Positions 1 through 44,231 of a stretch of 64,000 bases of DNA are shown here, one piece after another; position 1 is the stretch's first letter; every line of letters starts with the position of its first letter. The notes below the pieces were generated by a model, which saw only the letters and a program-made list of their open reading frames with translations, was not told the DNA's origin and did no database searches. The stretch comes from Octopus vulgaris. Lineage: Eukaryota. The position numbers and the translations under genes were made by a program. The stretch lies in contig OX597822.1 in NCBI GenBank assembly GCA_951406725.2, forward strand, positions 93,992,001 to 94,056,000, read 5' to 3'.

Positions 1-15
1 AAGACAGATACAAAG

Positions 16-79
<64 letters not shown>

Positions 80-853
80 CCCCCCCCCACACACACACAC
101 ACATGATAGGTTTCTTTTGGTTTCTCTCTACCAAACCTACTCACAAGGTTTGGTCAGTCCAGGACTATAGTAGAAGACTATAGATACCATGCAGTGGGAC
201 TGAACCTGGAACCATGTGGTTGGGAAGCAACATATTTAGTAATAGGTTTATTGTAAAGGTACTTGGTCAAGTAGTTAGTGTTAGGCTATAATACATTTAT
301 CTAATTGTTTGATCGTAGGTTTCATTCTCTTACTGGGTGGTGCTTTACATTCTTGAGCAAGGCACTTCATTTCATATTGCTTCAGTCCACTCGGCTGAAA
401 AAAAGTACCAGTGACAGCTTATGTGGATTAATTCTGTGACAAACTGGCATCTGGTCCAAAGAAGAGTTTTATACTTTCATTTACCTGAATTCTTTGGAAA
501 CCCAGATAAGCCCCAAATTCATGAACTCTGTAGTGAATAGTAGCCATTTCCTTTGATTTCTAGATAGAAGCAAATAGAAACTAACACTAACTGACCAAAA
601 ACAAATAAACTTTTTGTTACACAGGGTTATTAGCCTCAATTAACAAGTTATTTTTTTAATCCACTTATACAGATATCCAAAAAAATGAATTATAGAGAAT
701 GATATTGCTTTTACTAAATCCACAATATAAAAGGTCTTGACCTAAAACATCTTATTTTAATAGGTGTATTTGGTTTATTTATTTTAATGCATGAACTTAA
801 GATGTTAGTTGACATCTTTGTTATAACTATATTTTTTCCCCCTGTTTTTACAG

Positions 854-29206
<28,353 letters not shown>

Positions 29207-29332
29207 ATTATTCACTGGAAACACATACTGATGTTTTACCATCACATCATCACAACGCATCAGTTCGTTACATTACATCGTGTCGCATTACATCACTTTC
29301 ACACACCACATCACATCACATTGCATCAGAGC

Positions 29333-29338
29333 AATAAA
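29333..29338 (+). terminator. candidate polyadenylation signal for tim
   Basis: First AATAAA after the stop codon; further AATAAA hexamers lie downstream, so the site actually used is uncertain. Confidence 0.35.
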
Positions 29339-30739
29339 ACTTGGACTCATCTTCACCAACCTGTGCGATCATTAATTATTACATAGGAATTGTTTTCCCC
29401 ATAGTGGAACAAACAAGCCAAAATGAAAAAAAATTAACAAACAAACAATATATGAAATAAAAATATGTTTAAAACAATTTCATTTGATAAAGAAAACAAA
29501 ATTCTGACCAAAATACAAATACAAACCATTGAAATAAAAGAAAATATTTGGTAGTAGAATCATTTTGGAGAAGAGGACTTTAGGGAAAATTTATACCAAT
29601 TTGAGTAAAATATCTTTTTTTTTTGTTAATTTTTAAAAGAAAATCAATTTACATTTATCAAGTTACTTGGTATTTATTTTTCTTTTTTATTCATCAGACA
29701 GACTTTATACTTTTCAATATTTTTTTCTTTCCACATTGCCAAATCTTTTGTTAGATTCCTTTCTTTATTAGTATTGGTAAATGTGTAAGCATGTATATTG
29801 TATGAGTTACGTTTGTGTATGTATGCGTGTATGTTTGTGCTTCTATGAGAGGAAGAGGTCCAATGCATGCAGCTGCAACAGTGAGCATATTAAAACAGTG
29901 TGTGGAGCAAAATAAATATTTCTTGTTTGAAATAATGCACAAATTATACTATGTTAGTAAACAGTGTGAAAACTATGAAATAGTAGATTGGAAATACTTT
30001 ACAAATGAGTTAGGAACATCTATTAAACATTTCTACAATATACATTGTTTTATTACTCTGTGTGTGTGTGTGTGAAGGTGGCGAGCTGGCAGAGTTGTTA
30101 GCATGCCAGACAAACTGCTTAGCGGGTTTCAATCATTTTTATATTCTTAATTCATATTCCGCTGAGGTCAACTTTGCCTTTCATCCACTCAGAGGTCATT
30201 GAAATAAGAACCAGTTGTGCGCTGAGAATTGATGTAATCAATTAACTCCACAAAAGAAAGGATTATTTCTGTATGTGTGCATGCATTTACACACACATAC
30301 ATACAGAACACACACACACACACACTCACAAACTCTCTTATACATATGCACTGTTCTATCACTGAAATATGTGTTTCTGAATTCCTTTGTGCTACATTCC
30401 TGGCAAACAAATTCTACCAAATAATTCCATATTCTACCACTTTACCTAACAAGACATGAAGTGTGTGACATGAAAAAAAAAAAAAGAAAAAAATTTCTTG
30501 TGTCAGAATACAGAAACCATTTCTGTGAAAAAGAACAGAAGACAACTATTCTGATATATACACACATCCACACACATGCACATATGTGTGTTTGATGGAA
30601 CTCTTCTGTATACTTCGCTGCACAAAAGCCCCAGTCACTCATTCAAGTACCTTGTGCTTGTATCTCTTATAAGCCATCATACCAGCTTTATGATTTATGA
30701 TGCACACTCTTCAAAAATCACAGAGCAAACTGGAAGACA

Positions 30740-30807
<68 letters not shown>

Positions 30808-31012
30808 TCTGTAAAACACATAAATCCGAAAGAAGAAGCACATTCTAAGATTTAGAATAGTATATATTAAAAATGGGGAAGGCCAGTTTATGAGATTATT
30901 TTAGGTTTCCGAGCTTTATGGCACACTGTCAGATCCCAAAACCTGTTGGCCCAAGGCCTCATATATATATTGAATGGGATTCAAAGTTTTGCTTGAAGGC
31001 TTATTCAACCAG

Positions 31013-31054
<42 letters not shown>

Positions 31055-31384
31055 TCATTTAACGTCCGCTTTCCATGCTAGCATGGGTTGGACGATTTGA
31101 CCGAGGTCTGGTGAACCAGACTCCAATCTGATCTGACAGAGTTTCTACAGCTGGATGCCCTTCCTAACGCCAACCACTCCGAGAGTGTATATATATATAT
31201 ATATATATATAGATCTCCAACAAAAAAGTATTATTCCTGAAGTATATGAAACTCTATTAGTAGTGCTTAAGTATGTGTATTGTGCCCTTTAAATAAATAA
31301 ATAAAATATATATATTTATTAGTATTTAGCAGAAGTAAGAGAGTGATTCAAGGTCCAAGAGATTCACATATTGACACATTGTAT

Positions 31385-31797
31385 ACTCTTTTTACTCATT
31401 TACTTGTTTCAGTCATTTGACTGCGGCCATGCTGGAGCACAGCCTTTAGTCAAGCAAATCGACCCCGGGACTTATTTTTTGTAAGCCCAGTACTTATTTT
31501 ATCGGTCTCTTTTGCCGAACCACTAAGTGACGGGGACGTAAACACACCAGCATCGGTTGTCAAGCAATGCTAGGGGGACAAACACAGACACACAAACATA
31601 TACACACACACACTTGTATATATATATATATATACATATATACAACAGGCTTCTTTCAGTTTCCGTCTACCAAATCCACTCAGAAGGCATTGGTCGGCCC
31701 GGGGGCTATAGCAGAAGACACTTGCCCCAAGATGCCACGCAGTGGGACTGAACCCGGAACCATGTGGTTGGTTAGCAAGCTACTTACCACACAGCCA
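31385..31797 (-). mobile_element. SINE family A copy
   Basis: Reverse complement of the 62539-62935 element. Confidence 0.85.
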
Positions 31798-32961
31798 AAT
31801 ATTCATTTGTTTTTATATGTAATTTCACATAAAAACAAACAGTGTATGTGCTGCACATTATAATAAAATATATTTTTAGATTTTCTCTTAGTTATAAAAT
31901 GCCATGCATTTATATGACAGTGTAAAATTTATACATTGTAAGCATATGTTAGTTGTTCACATGGCACATAGTGACTCAGTCTGAACTGTAAGCTTATCCC
32001 TTCGGTGACTTGTGAGCTTAATGAAGTACCACCTTTTTTCCTCACGCTAATTAAAAGAACCAAAAGACACAAAATTAATATGTTACTGTTGCATATGTAT
32101 GCCTATGTATGTATGTATATGTATGTATGTATGTTTGTATGTAATGTATGTATGTATGTATGTAATTATTTCTGAAAGTATTGCATGTGTGTGTATGTGA
32201 ATTACTAATAGTCACATGAGAACAATCACACCAGTTCATTCATTTCTTTTCATACAGTTCATTCATAACAGAAGCCATCATCAAAATTGATTTTTTTGTT
32301 TGTTTGTTTTTGATTTCTTTTAAAACCAAAAATGACAGGAAAATAAGAAAAAATGTTAATTAGGCATCTTAATATTTTAAGTCTCTTAATTGGCACCAAA
32401 ATGTGAACTGTCACCATGATATAGTGACATAACATATTGCAGGGAGCTATTGTGATATTATCATTATTATTATTATCATTATTATTATTGTTATTATTAC
32501 TATCGTTATTATTATTATTATTGTTCTTTGTTGATGTTAATGCTGTTATTATAATAAATAGGATAATTAAAGTTGCCACTTCATAGCTTCAAATTTAAAA
32601 ATGCCCCCATACCCCACCAGACTTAACTTTGCATTTTATTATGTCCAGGGTCAATAGTCTAAGTACCAGTAATATACTGGGACTTCATTCAATTGGCTTT
32701 ATCCCTTCCTCTACATAATTGGTCTTTTAATTGGTCAGTTATAATTCTCCTTTTTATTACATAATGAGATTATGTTTTAAAATATTTGAATACAAGTGAT
32801 ATGTTAACATACATACATATATACATATACATACATATGTATAAAGGCGGCGCTCCAGCATGGCTGCAATCAAATGACTGAAACAAGTAAAAGATTAACA
32901 GAACATATGTATGTCTATATATATATATTTATATAACTACCATATATACACACACATACGC

Positions 32962-32996
<35 letters not shown>

Positions 32997-33309
32997 CAAC
33001 TACATATATATTTATGTATACATAAATATATTTATTTAAATATTTATATCTATATTTATACATATGTATTTATGTATGTATATAAGTGTGTGTGTGTGTA
33101 TATAGATATATGAAACTGTCATCCTCGTCACTTGTGTAGTGTATAACATTCATACCGAATGAAATGGCAATACAGGATTGGTGCCCTAGTTAGAATTCTT
33201 ACACAAACACACAAGCGAATGCACATTTTTAACACAAGCATATATCACGCACTTTCTTTTGTTTTTTTTTTCCTTTTTTTACAAAAAATAGCATAGCATA
33301 AACATATCT

Positions 33310-33354
<45 letters not shown>

Positions 33355-34268
33355 ATATGTATATTCGTTGTTTCAACATGTGTTATACTATTACATAATT
33401 ATACATATAAACAAATTTATTATAACCAAACACATTTCCTTGTATTTTGCTTCTATGTTGTTTTAATATTTTTTCTCATGTGGTTATCCTTTATTTATTT
33501 ATTTATTTATTTATGTTTTTTTTTAATTTTGTTTTTATCCCCACACCCTTGCCCTTTTATATATATTTTTTTTTTTTTAAATATAATTTTTTTTCTTTGC
33601 AATCTCCTACATTTAGAATCCATGCTAGGAATGTCTAGTTTATATTTATCATTGCTAAAGTGGTAGGTACTAAACACAAACTGATCAATTGAACAATTTT
33701 TGCTTCACATTCGTGATACGTGAGAAAAAAATATAATAACTTTGATCTAGAGAGCTAAAGCATTGTGCTATGGATTCTATGTGAAATATCCCAAATACTA
33801 AATAAATGTTATGTTAAATCATTATATTGGTTACTGAGTTTTGTTTGCTATTCTATATCTTTGAGATGAGGAATTATGTACATTATTTACAAAGGACAGA
33901 TAGGTGTCCTGTCCTTGTTTGTTGTCATGACAACGTTTTGGCTGATGTACTCTCCAGTCTTCATCAGGTGTTCCGGTGGAATTTTGAACTCAACCTTTTA
34001 TTTGATTAATGAGGTACTCTGTTCTCATACCTGAGGTATTCTTTTTTCTTTACTGATGTTTTTTATCTCCCAAGTCCCTGCCTGAGATTGAACTCAGAAC
34101 CCAAGAAATAATATCAATAGAAAATATCAGCAAAAAAAAGAATAATTTAGGAATGAGAACAGAGTACCCAATTAGTCAAATAAAGGGTTGGGCTCAAAAT
34201 TCCACCAGAATACCTGATGAAGGCCGGAGAATATATTAGCTAAAATGTGGTAACAACATGAGGACACC

Positions 34269-34500
34269 ACTCGTTGCTGGATACCTGTATCCCTGGAGAT
34301 TACATCAGAGTAGGAGAGTGTGCGCCCTCTGGTATCGCGAGCAGATGGCTTCCAGAAGAGAAGAGTAGAAATTACCTCGTTTTCAGCTCTACAACAATGT
34401 CCAGCAAACTGGACTCTTTTACCTTTCACAAGAGATGATGGAGGTGGTAATTTCCCATATATTTGTACTTTGGTTGGATGACACTTCCACGAGAGATTTT
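34269..34500 (-). mobile_element. RTE-type LINE C-terminal fragment
   Basis: HPTKVQIYGKLPP...RVQFAGHCCR...LLFWKP...RG. Confidence 0.7.
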
Positions 34501-35785
34501 GGCCAACCAAAGCCTTGTGAGTAGACTTGGTAAATGGAAACTGAAAAAAGTGTGTTTAAGTTTGTGTGCACATGCATGTTTGTTTACATTTATACTTAAA
34601 AAATCAAAATGACCAAAGTACGAGCTAGCCCTGTATTTCTAAAAGAAAGCATAAACTGACATCATGGGTCAAAGTACATATGATCAAAATCAAAGTACAT
34701 GTGATCAAAATCAAAGTACATGTGATCGAATTTAATACAGAAAGCAGAAGCGTCAGTAATATTGGTTTCAACTTTTGGCACTAGGCCAGTAAGTTCAGTG
34801 CAGGAAATAGGTCCACATCGAATCCCAGCATTCAACTGGTACTTATTTCACCAACTCCAAAAGGACTGAAGGTAAATGTCGACATCAACACAATTTGAAT
34901 TCAGAACGTAAAGACAGATAAAATGAGGCCGAGCATTTTGCTTGGCATGCTAACGATTCTGCCAACTCTCTGCCTTTAAAACTGTGATAATATTGTTGAG
35001 TGATCTTGACCACACATACCAAGATATTGTGCAGTTTAACAACGTCTGAGAAGATTAAGGTGATCTATATCAGGGGAAACTATAGGTTCTTGAGAAGGAA
35101 AGTATTTCTGAAAAAAAAAACAAAAACAACCTTAAATTAGAAAACTTAGTCATCAACCTCAGAACTTGAAGAATCAATGTAGAATAAAGGGCTATGGACT
35201 GTTTCAAGTGGATTCTTAACTTAAACATCATTGTTCCAAATGAAGTGTCCACCAAACTACAAGAATACCTCAGCTTATGTCATTATTGGTTCCACAACAT
35301 GCGATTTAACTAAAAAAGTGATGTAACATAAAGAAAAAAAAAACATTTCAAAAATGTCTTAGTTTCTATTTTCACCTGCTTTTTATTTGATTCTCCACTT
35401 CAGTTTTTAAATGTTGTTTTAAGAATTTTTATGCTTTTAAATTGAGATGAAAAATTTGGATAAGTCAACTATGTTGAGGTTTAAACACGTAAAATTGAAG
35501 ATGTAAGTTGAGGTATGCTTGTATTTGCTTAGGACTAGTCTCAGATTAACTCTTTTGGACAGTTCAAAATCTGTTTTTTAGTCTCCATTATGATGTCTTT
35601 CAAATCAAATCCTGTGATCTTAATGAAAAAGGACACGTTAGATCATGTCATTGAAGGCTTGGCTTCCAAAATATATTTTAGTGATCCTATATCTCCAAAA
35701 AGAAACTTATGTCATCGAGACTCTATAGTAACAATATATATTTATAGACAGATAATTTTACCATAGTCATGGAGAAGATAGAACA

Positions 35786-36195
35786 GGATCTTTTTGGTTT
35801 GAACGGCAGTTTTTAACATAATTTCTAGGTAACTAAAAAATTTTAAACTTCGTATACTGGTAGAATGTGTTTATAAAACATCTTTTTCTCTTGGCTTTAT
35901 TGAGAAAATTCTATAGTTTGTAAGATATTTGTTGTTTTTTTTCTTCAATTTCTGCAATTTCAACCAATCACTGACGTATTTGAGGTAAAAAACATTCTGT
36001 GCCGTATGAATATGTCCCTCGTTTAAGAAACAGATTGGGTTTATTTACATTTGTGAAGAAAAAAAGATACCCTTCCCCCTAACCCTAACCCTAAAGTAGA
36101 TTGAAATGCAATAGATCGATACTAGGGTCATAATTATGGGTGACAATTTCATATGACACCGCTAGAAAAAACTGCTGTTCAAACCGATAAGATCT
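35786..36195. mobile_element. Mutator-like MITE with 9-bp TSD and internal (CCCTAA)3
   Basis: TIR GGATCTTTTTGGTTTGAACGGCAGTTTTT / AAAAACTGCTGTTCAAACCGATAAGATCT; exact TSD GATAGAACA at 35777-35785 and 36196-36204. Confidence 0.82.
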
Positions 36196-36811
36196 GATAG
36201 AACATACTGATAAACTGAGGGTTCTTGCAAAGGGAGGTAACAACTAGTTTAAGAAACCCCCCCCACTGTATTAACAGAATGTGAGTTATCAGTTCTAAGA
36301 TCTATAAACAATTGAAGAGACTCAACATGCCATCTATGAAGCTATTTCCTCATTAACATCATTACCACATCTATCTCCAGTTACTTCATGAGTAAGGCAT
36401 CAGTTGCCAGAATCAGACAACTAAAAGACTAAAGACTGCATGACTGGATTAGCTCTTAACTTCCTATATGCCACAGTACCACATGTGACTGCATCAGCCA
36501 GCCAATCCTGAAATGCATGATATCACAAGAATTGTACCAACCTTGTTTACATTCATTTTGAAAGAAATCGGGGGAACAGTAACGTAAAGGAGAAAATTCT
36601 ACTCCTTTCTTCTATCATTCATTTCTGTTCTATAACGAAATCAGCACAGAAGTGGGCTTTTGATTTAGAAACTTTTAAAACAAAATGTTAAAAGTTAATA
36701 TAATGATTCTTCTCTAGATATGTCGTCATTGTGCTTGAGAATGGCTAATGGTCTATGAAGAAGTTTATCAACAAGTGGAATTGATGGCTATGGGTTGACT
36801 CTTATCATTAA

Positions 36812-37193
36812 CTAGCAGTATCGCCCGGTGTTGCTCAGGTTTGTAAGGGAAATAACTATAAAGCATTTTTAGAGAGTTATAGCAAAAAATAGCAAAAAAA
36901 TGAAAAAAAAAATGATGGTAAATTTTTTTGAGAGTTAAAAGGTCGAGTTGCGTCCCCTAGACAGTCTGTGGTTTGTGTTTCTGATTCTCGACCCCATGTC
37001 GAATTTATCGATTTTTTTCAGAACTGGGGGAACTTTTCAAAATTTTCGCTGCGTTAGTTTTGAATTATGACATTGGGCTATGTGTGTGTCAAGTTTCATC
37101 AGAATCGGTTGAAAGCCGTGGTCAGGGTGAGGGTACAACCAAACAGACACACAGACACACAGACAGACAAACTGCCGTTTATATAGAGAGAGA
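36812..37193 (-). mobile_element. non-autonomous Helitron
   Basis: On the minus strand it starts A|TC, carries a (TCTG/TGTG)n tract, and ends with a degenerate GC-rich hairpin then CTAG|T; inserted at an AT site with no TSD. Confidence 0.72.
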
Positions 37194-37594
37194 TAAGAAC
37201 AAGGATCATCATAGAGTACTTTGAAGTCTTACCATTAGAATGTTCTACACAGCTTAGTAAAGATATGTATGTGATACCTTTTTACTTTGGAAACAACCAA
37301 GAAACCATTCAAATTCTCATGGTCCACATAAACTTGCTACTCGCATCATTATGGTCAACCCTGAAAAAGAACCCAACCAACTGCCATGCTTTGATTATTG
37401 ATAAAAAAAAAAAAATATGGAAGCAGGAATTATAGCATCAGTGTTTCAAAAGACTTGTACCATCAAATTCTACATAAAGCATGTGTGTCTTACCATCTGT
37501 AAAGTGTTAAAAAAGCAATTGTCAAATATCTACAACACTGAAAAAATGAATCGAACCAAGCTCAGCACATTTGACCCACAGCTACTTTGAAGTA

Positions 37595-37800
37595 CCTATT
37601 ATTATCATCATCATTACCATTGCTATCATGATCATGATCATCATTATCAACATTATCATCATTGCTGTAGTCATCATCAACATCATCTTCGCCATAACTA
37701 TCATCATCATTATTGTCGTTATCATCATAATCATCATTGCCGTTGCCATTAGTCCTTCTCATCTTCATCACCATTGTTTTATGTTATTGTTGTCATAATC
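37595..37800. repeat. degenerate (ATC/ATT)n trinucleotide tract
   Basis: Directly visible; similar tracts at 2760-2815 and 25245-25370. Confidence 0.85.
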
Positions 37801-40391
37801 ATTTTCTGACAGGTCATCTCAGTCTGAGTCAGTTCCTGTTTGTTGTTGCATTTCTTAGCTAGGTAGACCAAGTTTAATTCTTATCCTCCGTTTTTGGCAT
37901 GGTTTCTATGGCTGAGTGCTTTCCTAATACCAACTATTTTACAGGGTTTATTTCAAGCTTATGTTGTCTCCAATATTTACCAATTATTTTAAAGATAGTA
38001 ATGAAGGATTGTGGTGCCAGCACTAGAGAGGTGCTTTGTCCCCTGCAAGACTCAAGAGTTCTCTCTACTTTATATTGTCTCTATTTGTTCATGGCAACAT
38101 GACCCAGAGGATAATCAGAGCAAAGAATGATGACAGAAAGAACTAGGTTAAAAGAGGAAAAGAATAGAGTGAATATAATGGGAGAAACTGAGTGATAGGA
38201 GTGGAAATGTGATAGAGGAGTGTTAGTGGAAGAGGGATAGTGATAGACAGCTACATGACGATTGTTGGTAAAGAGATTGAATAGAAAATTGCATGAATGT
38301 TGTAATGCAGCAAGAGAGAATGATGGGGGAAAACAGAGTGATGGAAAAGAGAGAGTGAAGTATGTTAAGAAGTAATAGAGGAAGGAAGAGAGAAAGACAG
38401 AGAAAGAGTGTGTTTGTGTTTGTATTTAGTAAGAATAAAGATAGAGATTGAGTGACAGACAGCAATAGAAATGGCCATTGTAACAGTTGTCAATAATGAT
38501 TGACATGGGAAAGAAAGATTGATGGCCAACAAGATAGAAGAGAAATGGTAAGTGCTATGAAATGTGGACAGATTTGATGTTGTCCTTCATTATACCAGAA
38601 TTGTGATGGCAGGGAGATTGGATACAAAAATATCTGGTACTATCTACCATTACACAGCTGATATGTATAATGAATAAGAGAGAGTAAATGGTAGATGAGT
38701 GCAGCAGATGAAGGCCTTCCAGTAATATACTTTTCTACTCTAGGCACAAGGTCGATTAGATTGACCCCAGTACGCAACTGGTACTTAATTTATCGACCCC
38801 GAAAGAATGAAAGGCAAAGTCGACCTCAGCAGAATTTGAACTCAGAACATAAAGACAGACGAAATACCTATTTCTTTGCTACCCACAAGGGCTAAACACA
38901 GAGGGGACAAACAAAGACAGACAAATGGATTAAGTTGATTACATCGACTCCAGTGCGTAACTGGTGCTTAATTTATCGACCCCAAAAGGATGAAAGACAA
39001 AATCAACCTTGGCGGAATTTGAACACAGAACGTAATGGCAGACAAAATACCGCTAAGGATTTCACCCGGCGCGCTAACATTTCTTCCAGCTCGCCACCTT
39101 GGAGGATTTCCAGTAATATAATGAATGAGAATTCCAAATACACACACAAACTTTATCATAACCATCATTTTAACATCCGTGTTTGCTATGCTTGGAAGGG
39201 TGGATGGGTCTTCTCCAGCACCACATCATCACATATTGCAGTTCTTTGTCATCTTTTTTGAGTTTCAGTATCTTGAGATCAGTTTTGACTTCTTCATCCC
39301 ACATTTTCCTTGGTTTCCTTCTTCTACAAGTTCTGTCAACATCAAACAGTAAACACTTCTTAGTACAACTGACAGCCTTTATATGTATCACATACTTGTG
39401 CCATTGCCATTCTCTCCTTGGCAGATTATATTTGATTCTTCCTTCTTATATCCAGCTTTTCTCTCTCAGCTCATTCAAGGCATTGTTCACAGTCTTTAGC
39501 AATATACATCTACTGGAATATGCTAACTTCACTTTCTTCTAGTCTTTACAGATCCTTCAACGTTCATTTCCGCACATCACATTTCATACAATAGCATCAT
39601 TCAATCAGCCCATCACCCTGAGAGTTATGTTATGGTAATAGCTCCCTACAATTTTTCCAAATGTTACTTTTTTTCTGACTACAATGCTTTTAAAACACCA
39701 ACCTCATCTAGATCCCCCAAGCAACAACTGTCAACTATGATTAAGGGATCATTTTGAGAGTTGAAAGAATCAACTACATGTGTACCCTTACAACTGACAG
39801 CTTCTGTGCATTAACTGCATATGAAGTTGTAGTGATCCATGTGGTCAAGCAGGAAAGCAAAACAGAAATGAGATATAACAAGAGTAATCTCCCTCAAACT
39901 TCTAGAAAGTTCTCGAACATTCTGGAAACTTCTGGTTTATGTGGAAATCAGGGACTTCTGGTTCATCCCTTACATAAAGGAAGGAATTTCTAAATTCGCA
40001 TCACCCAGTGTCTGTTGATTCTTTGACATGCATTTGAGTCAAGCTGCCACATACATACCAGCTTGCATGCATGTTTGCCTCACTTACTTGGAGACATGTG
40101 ATTGCTAACAGAATATATTCATGTAAGGTTACAAGTTTACCTTCAATTAACCTTATATGTTAATGCATTACCTCCCAGTAATAAATATGGTATGACTTAT
40201 TACAAACGTCTTATGAATTTCTGAAAAAAGAGAAGCAAAAATAGCAAAGAAATACTAACTATATAACTTAGATAACTTAGATATGTTTCGACCAAAGATT
40301 GGTCCAGGCCATGTCTAACTTAATAGCACCACCTGATAGGATTATTCGAATTCTGTTTAAGTCAAGTTTTGTTCAAGTAGTGAGTTCTTGT

Positions 40392-41715
<1,324 letters not shown>

Positions 41716-41955
41716 GGAGGCACGTGGTTTAGTGGTTAGGGTGTCAGCATCATGATCGTAAGATTGTGGTTTCGATTCCTGGACCGGGAGACGTGTTGTA
41801 TTCTTGAGCAAAACACTTCATTTCACTCCAGTCCACTCAGCTGGCAAAAATGAGTAACACTGTGATGGACTGGCGACCCGTCCAGCTGGGGAACACATAC
41901 ACCATTGAAACCGGGCCCATGAGCCTGGCTAAGCTTTAAAAGGGCGCATAAAGAA

Positions 41956-42003
<48 letters not shown>

Positions 42004-42253
42004 TGAAAGATTGAAATTTTACAAACAATATTTTTTTCAGTATCAGATTCTCCTTAGCCGAAAACTTGGGATTCCATAAAAAAAAAAGTTGATATATAAG
42101 CGCAGGAGTGGTTGTGTGGTAAGTAGCATATGATCCTGGGTTCAGTCCCACTGCGTGGCACCTTGGGCAAATGTCTTCTATAGCCTTGGGCTGACCAAAG
42201 CCTTGAGAGTGGATTTGGTAGGCAGAAACTGGAAGAAGCCCGTCGTATATGTG

Positions 42254-42286
<33 letters not shown>

Positions 42287-42959
42287 ATATGTTTGTGTGT
42301 CTGTGCTTGTCCCCCCAACATCGCTTGACAACCGATGCTGGCGTATTTACGTCTCCGTAACTTAGAGGTTCGGCAAAAGACACCAATAGAATAAGTACTA
42401 GGTTTACAAAGAATAAGCTCTGGGGTCGATTTGCAGGACTAAAGACGGTGCTCCAGCATGGCCGCAGTCAAATGCCTGAAACAAGTAAGAGAATAAAAGA
42501 ATATATCTATTTTCCTGAAAGTTATGAAGGAAAAATCGGATCTTGTGAATTTTCCGAAAGTCCTCTAAGGTTCGTTTACACAATTTTTTTTTTCATATTC
42601 GTTTTCTACACAGTTGCTAACATCCAGCAGGCTGGGTTTTGTTTTTACGCTAATGGCTGAGGATCTGTATATTGACTAAACTAGATACGTAATTCCTTAG
42701 TAGAATTAATAACTTATCTTTGTTTTGATTAGCAACAATTCAAGGGAGGTAACGCAGAAATCTCTCCTATATAAAATGAATTAATTTTATGAGCGGGAGT
42801 CCAAGGGAGATAACTTATGGTATTAATCCTGTATCTAGTCTTGTTCTTCATTGAAATTCAAATAGGATAATTCATAGAAAAGTGAAATTATCGCAAGTAG
42901 TGAAGAACCTAATATTCCGTGCTCTTGCTTTCTCTCTGAGACAGTACTTACTGTAACAT

Positions 42960-43280
42960 AGGCGTAGGAGTGGCTGTGTGGTAAGTAGCTTGCCTATGAA
43001 CCACATGGTTCCGGGTTCAGTCCCACTGCGTGGGACCTTGGGCAAGTGTCTTTCACTATAGCCTCGGGCCGACCAAAGCCTTGAGAGTGGATTTCGTAGA
43101 CGGAAACTGAAAGAAGCCCGTCGTATATATGCATATATATGTATGTGTGTCTGTTATTGTCCCCGCCCCAACGTCGCTTGACAACCGATGCTGGTGTGTT
43201 TACGTCCCCGTAACTTAGAGGTTCGGTAAAAGAGACCGATAGAATAAGTACTAGGCTTACAAAGAATAAGTCCTGGGGTC
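42960..43280 (+). mobile_element. SINE family A copy (3'-truncated)
   Basis: Same head GGCGTAGGAGTGGCTGTGTGGTAAG...GGTTCAGTCCC. Confidence 0.85.
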
Positions 43281-44231
43281 TTAAGAAACTCTTAAAAGTA
43301 ATTTTGTTCTATTAATCATCTTGCTGTAGTAAGCACATATAACATTGACCGTTTCAAGCCTAGTCAGGCTCATGGGTCCGGTTTCTGTAGCGTATGTGTT
43401 CCCCCCAGCTGGACGGGATGCCAGTCCATTGCAGCGTTACTAAAAAAACAGGAAGAGAGAGTGAGAGAAAGTTGTGGCGAAAGAGTACAACAGGGGTCGC
43501 CACCATCCCCTGCCGGAGCCTCGTGGAGCTTTAGGTGTTTTCGCTCAATAAACACACGCAACGCCCGGTCTGGGAATCGAAACTGCGATCCTCCGACCTC
43601 GAGTTCGCTGCCCTAACCACTGGGCCATTGTGCCTCCACAGTAAGCACATATAGCCACTTAAGTGAAGGTGCATGGCTTAGTGGTTAGGGCATTCGGCTG
43701 ACGATTATAAGGTCGTGAGTTCGATTCCTGGCGATGCATTGTGTCCTTGAGCAAGACACTTTATTTCACGTTGCTCCAGTCCACTCAGCTGGCAAAAATG
43801 AGTTGTACCTGTATTTCAAAGGGCCGGCCTTGTCACACTCTGTGTCACGCTGAATCTCCCTGAGAACTACGTTAAGGGTACTTGTGTCTGTGGATTGCTC
43901 AGTCACTTGCACGTTAATTCCACGAGCAAGCTGTTCCGTTGATCGTATCAGCTGGGACCCTCGTCGTCGTAACCAACGGAGTGCTCCTTTTTTCCTTTTT
44001 ATATAGCCACTTAAAATTTCATTACTTCTAACTGCAGAATACAATTTTATATACCAATCTATCTTTTGTCACGTTTGAAATTATTTTCTGTTGAGAAATG
44101 TCAAGTTTATTGAGGCAACATAATTAGCAAAAATATCAATTCTACTCTTTGGTAGATATTCAACATTGTTACTGAAATAACCATGAAATTTAATTTCACA
44201 GTGAAAGTATAGCAAAATCTTCCTTATTACA

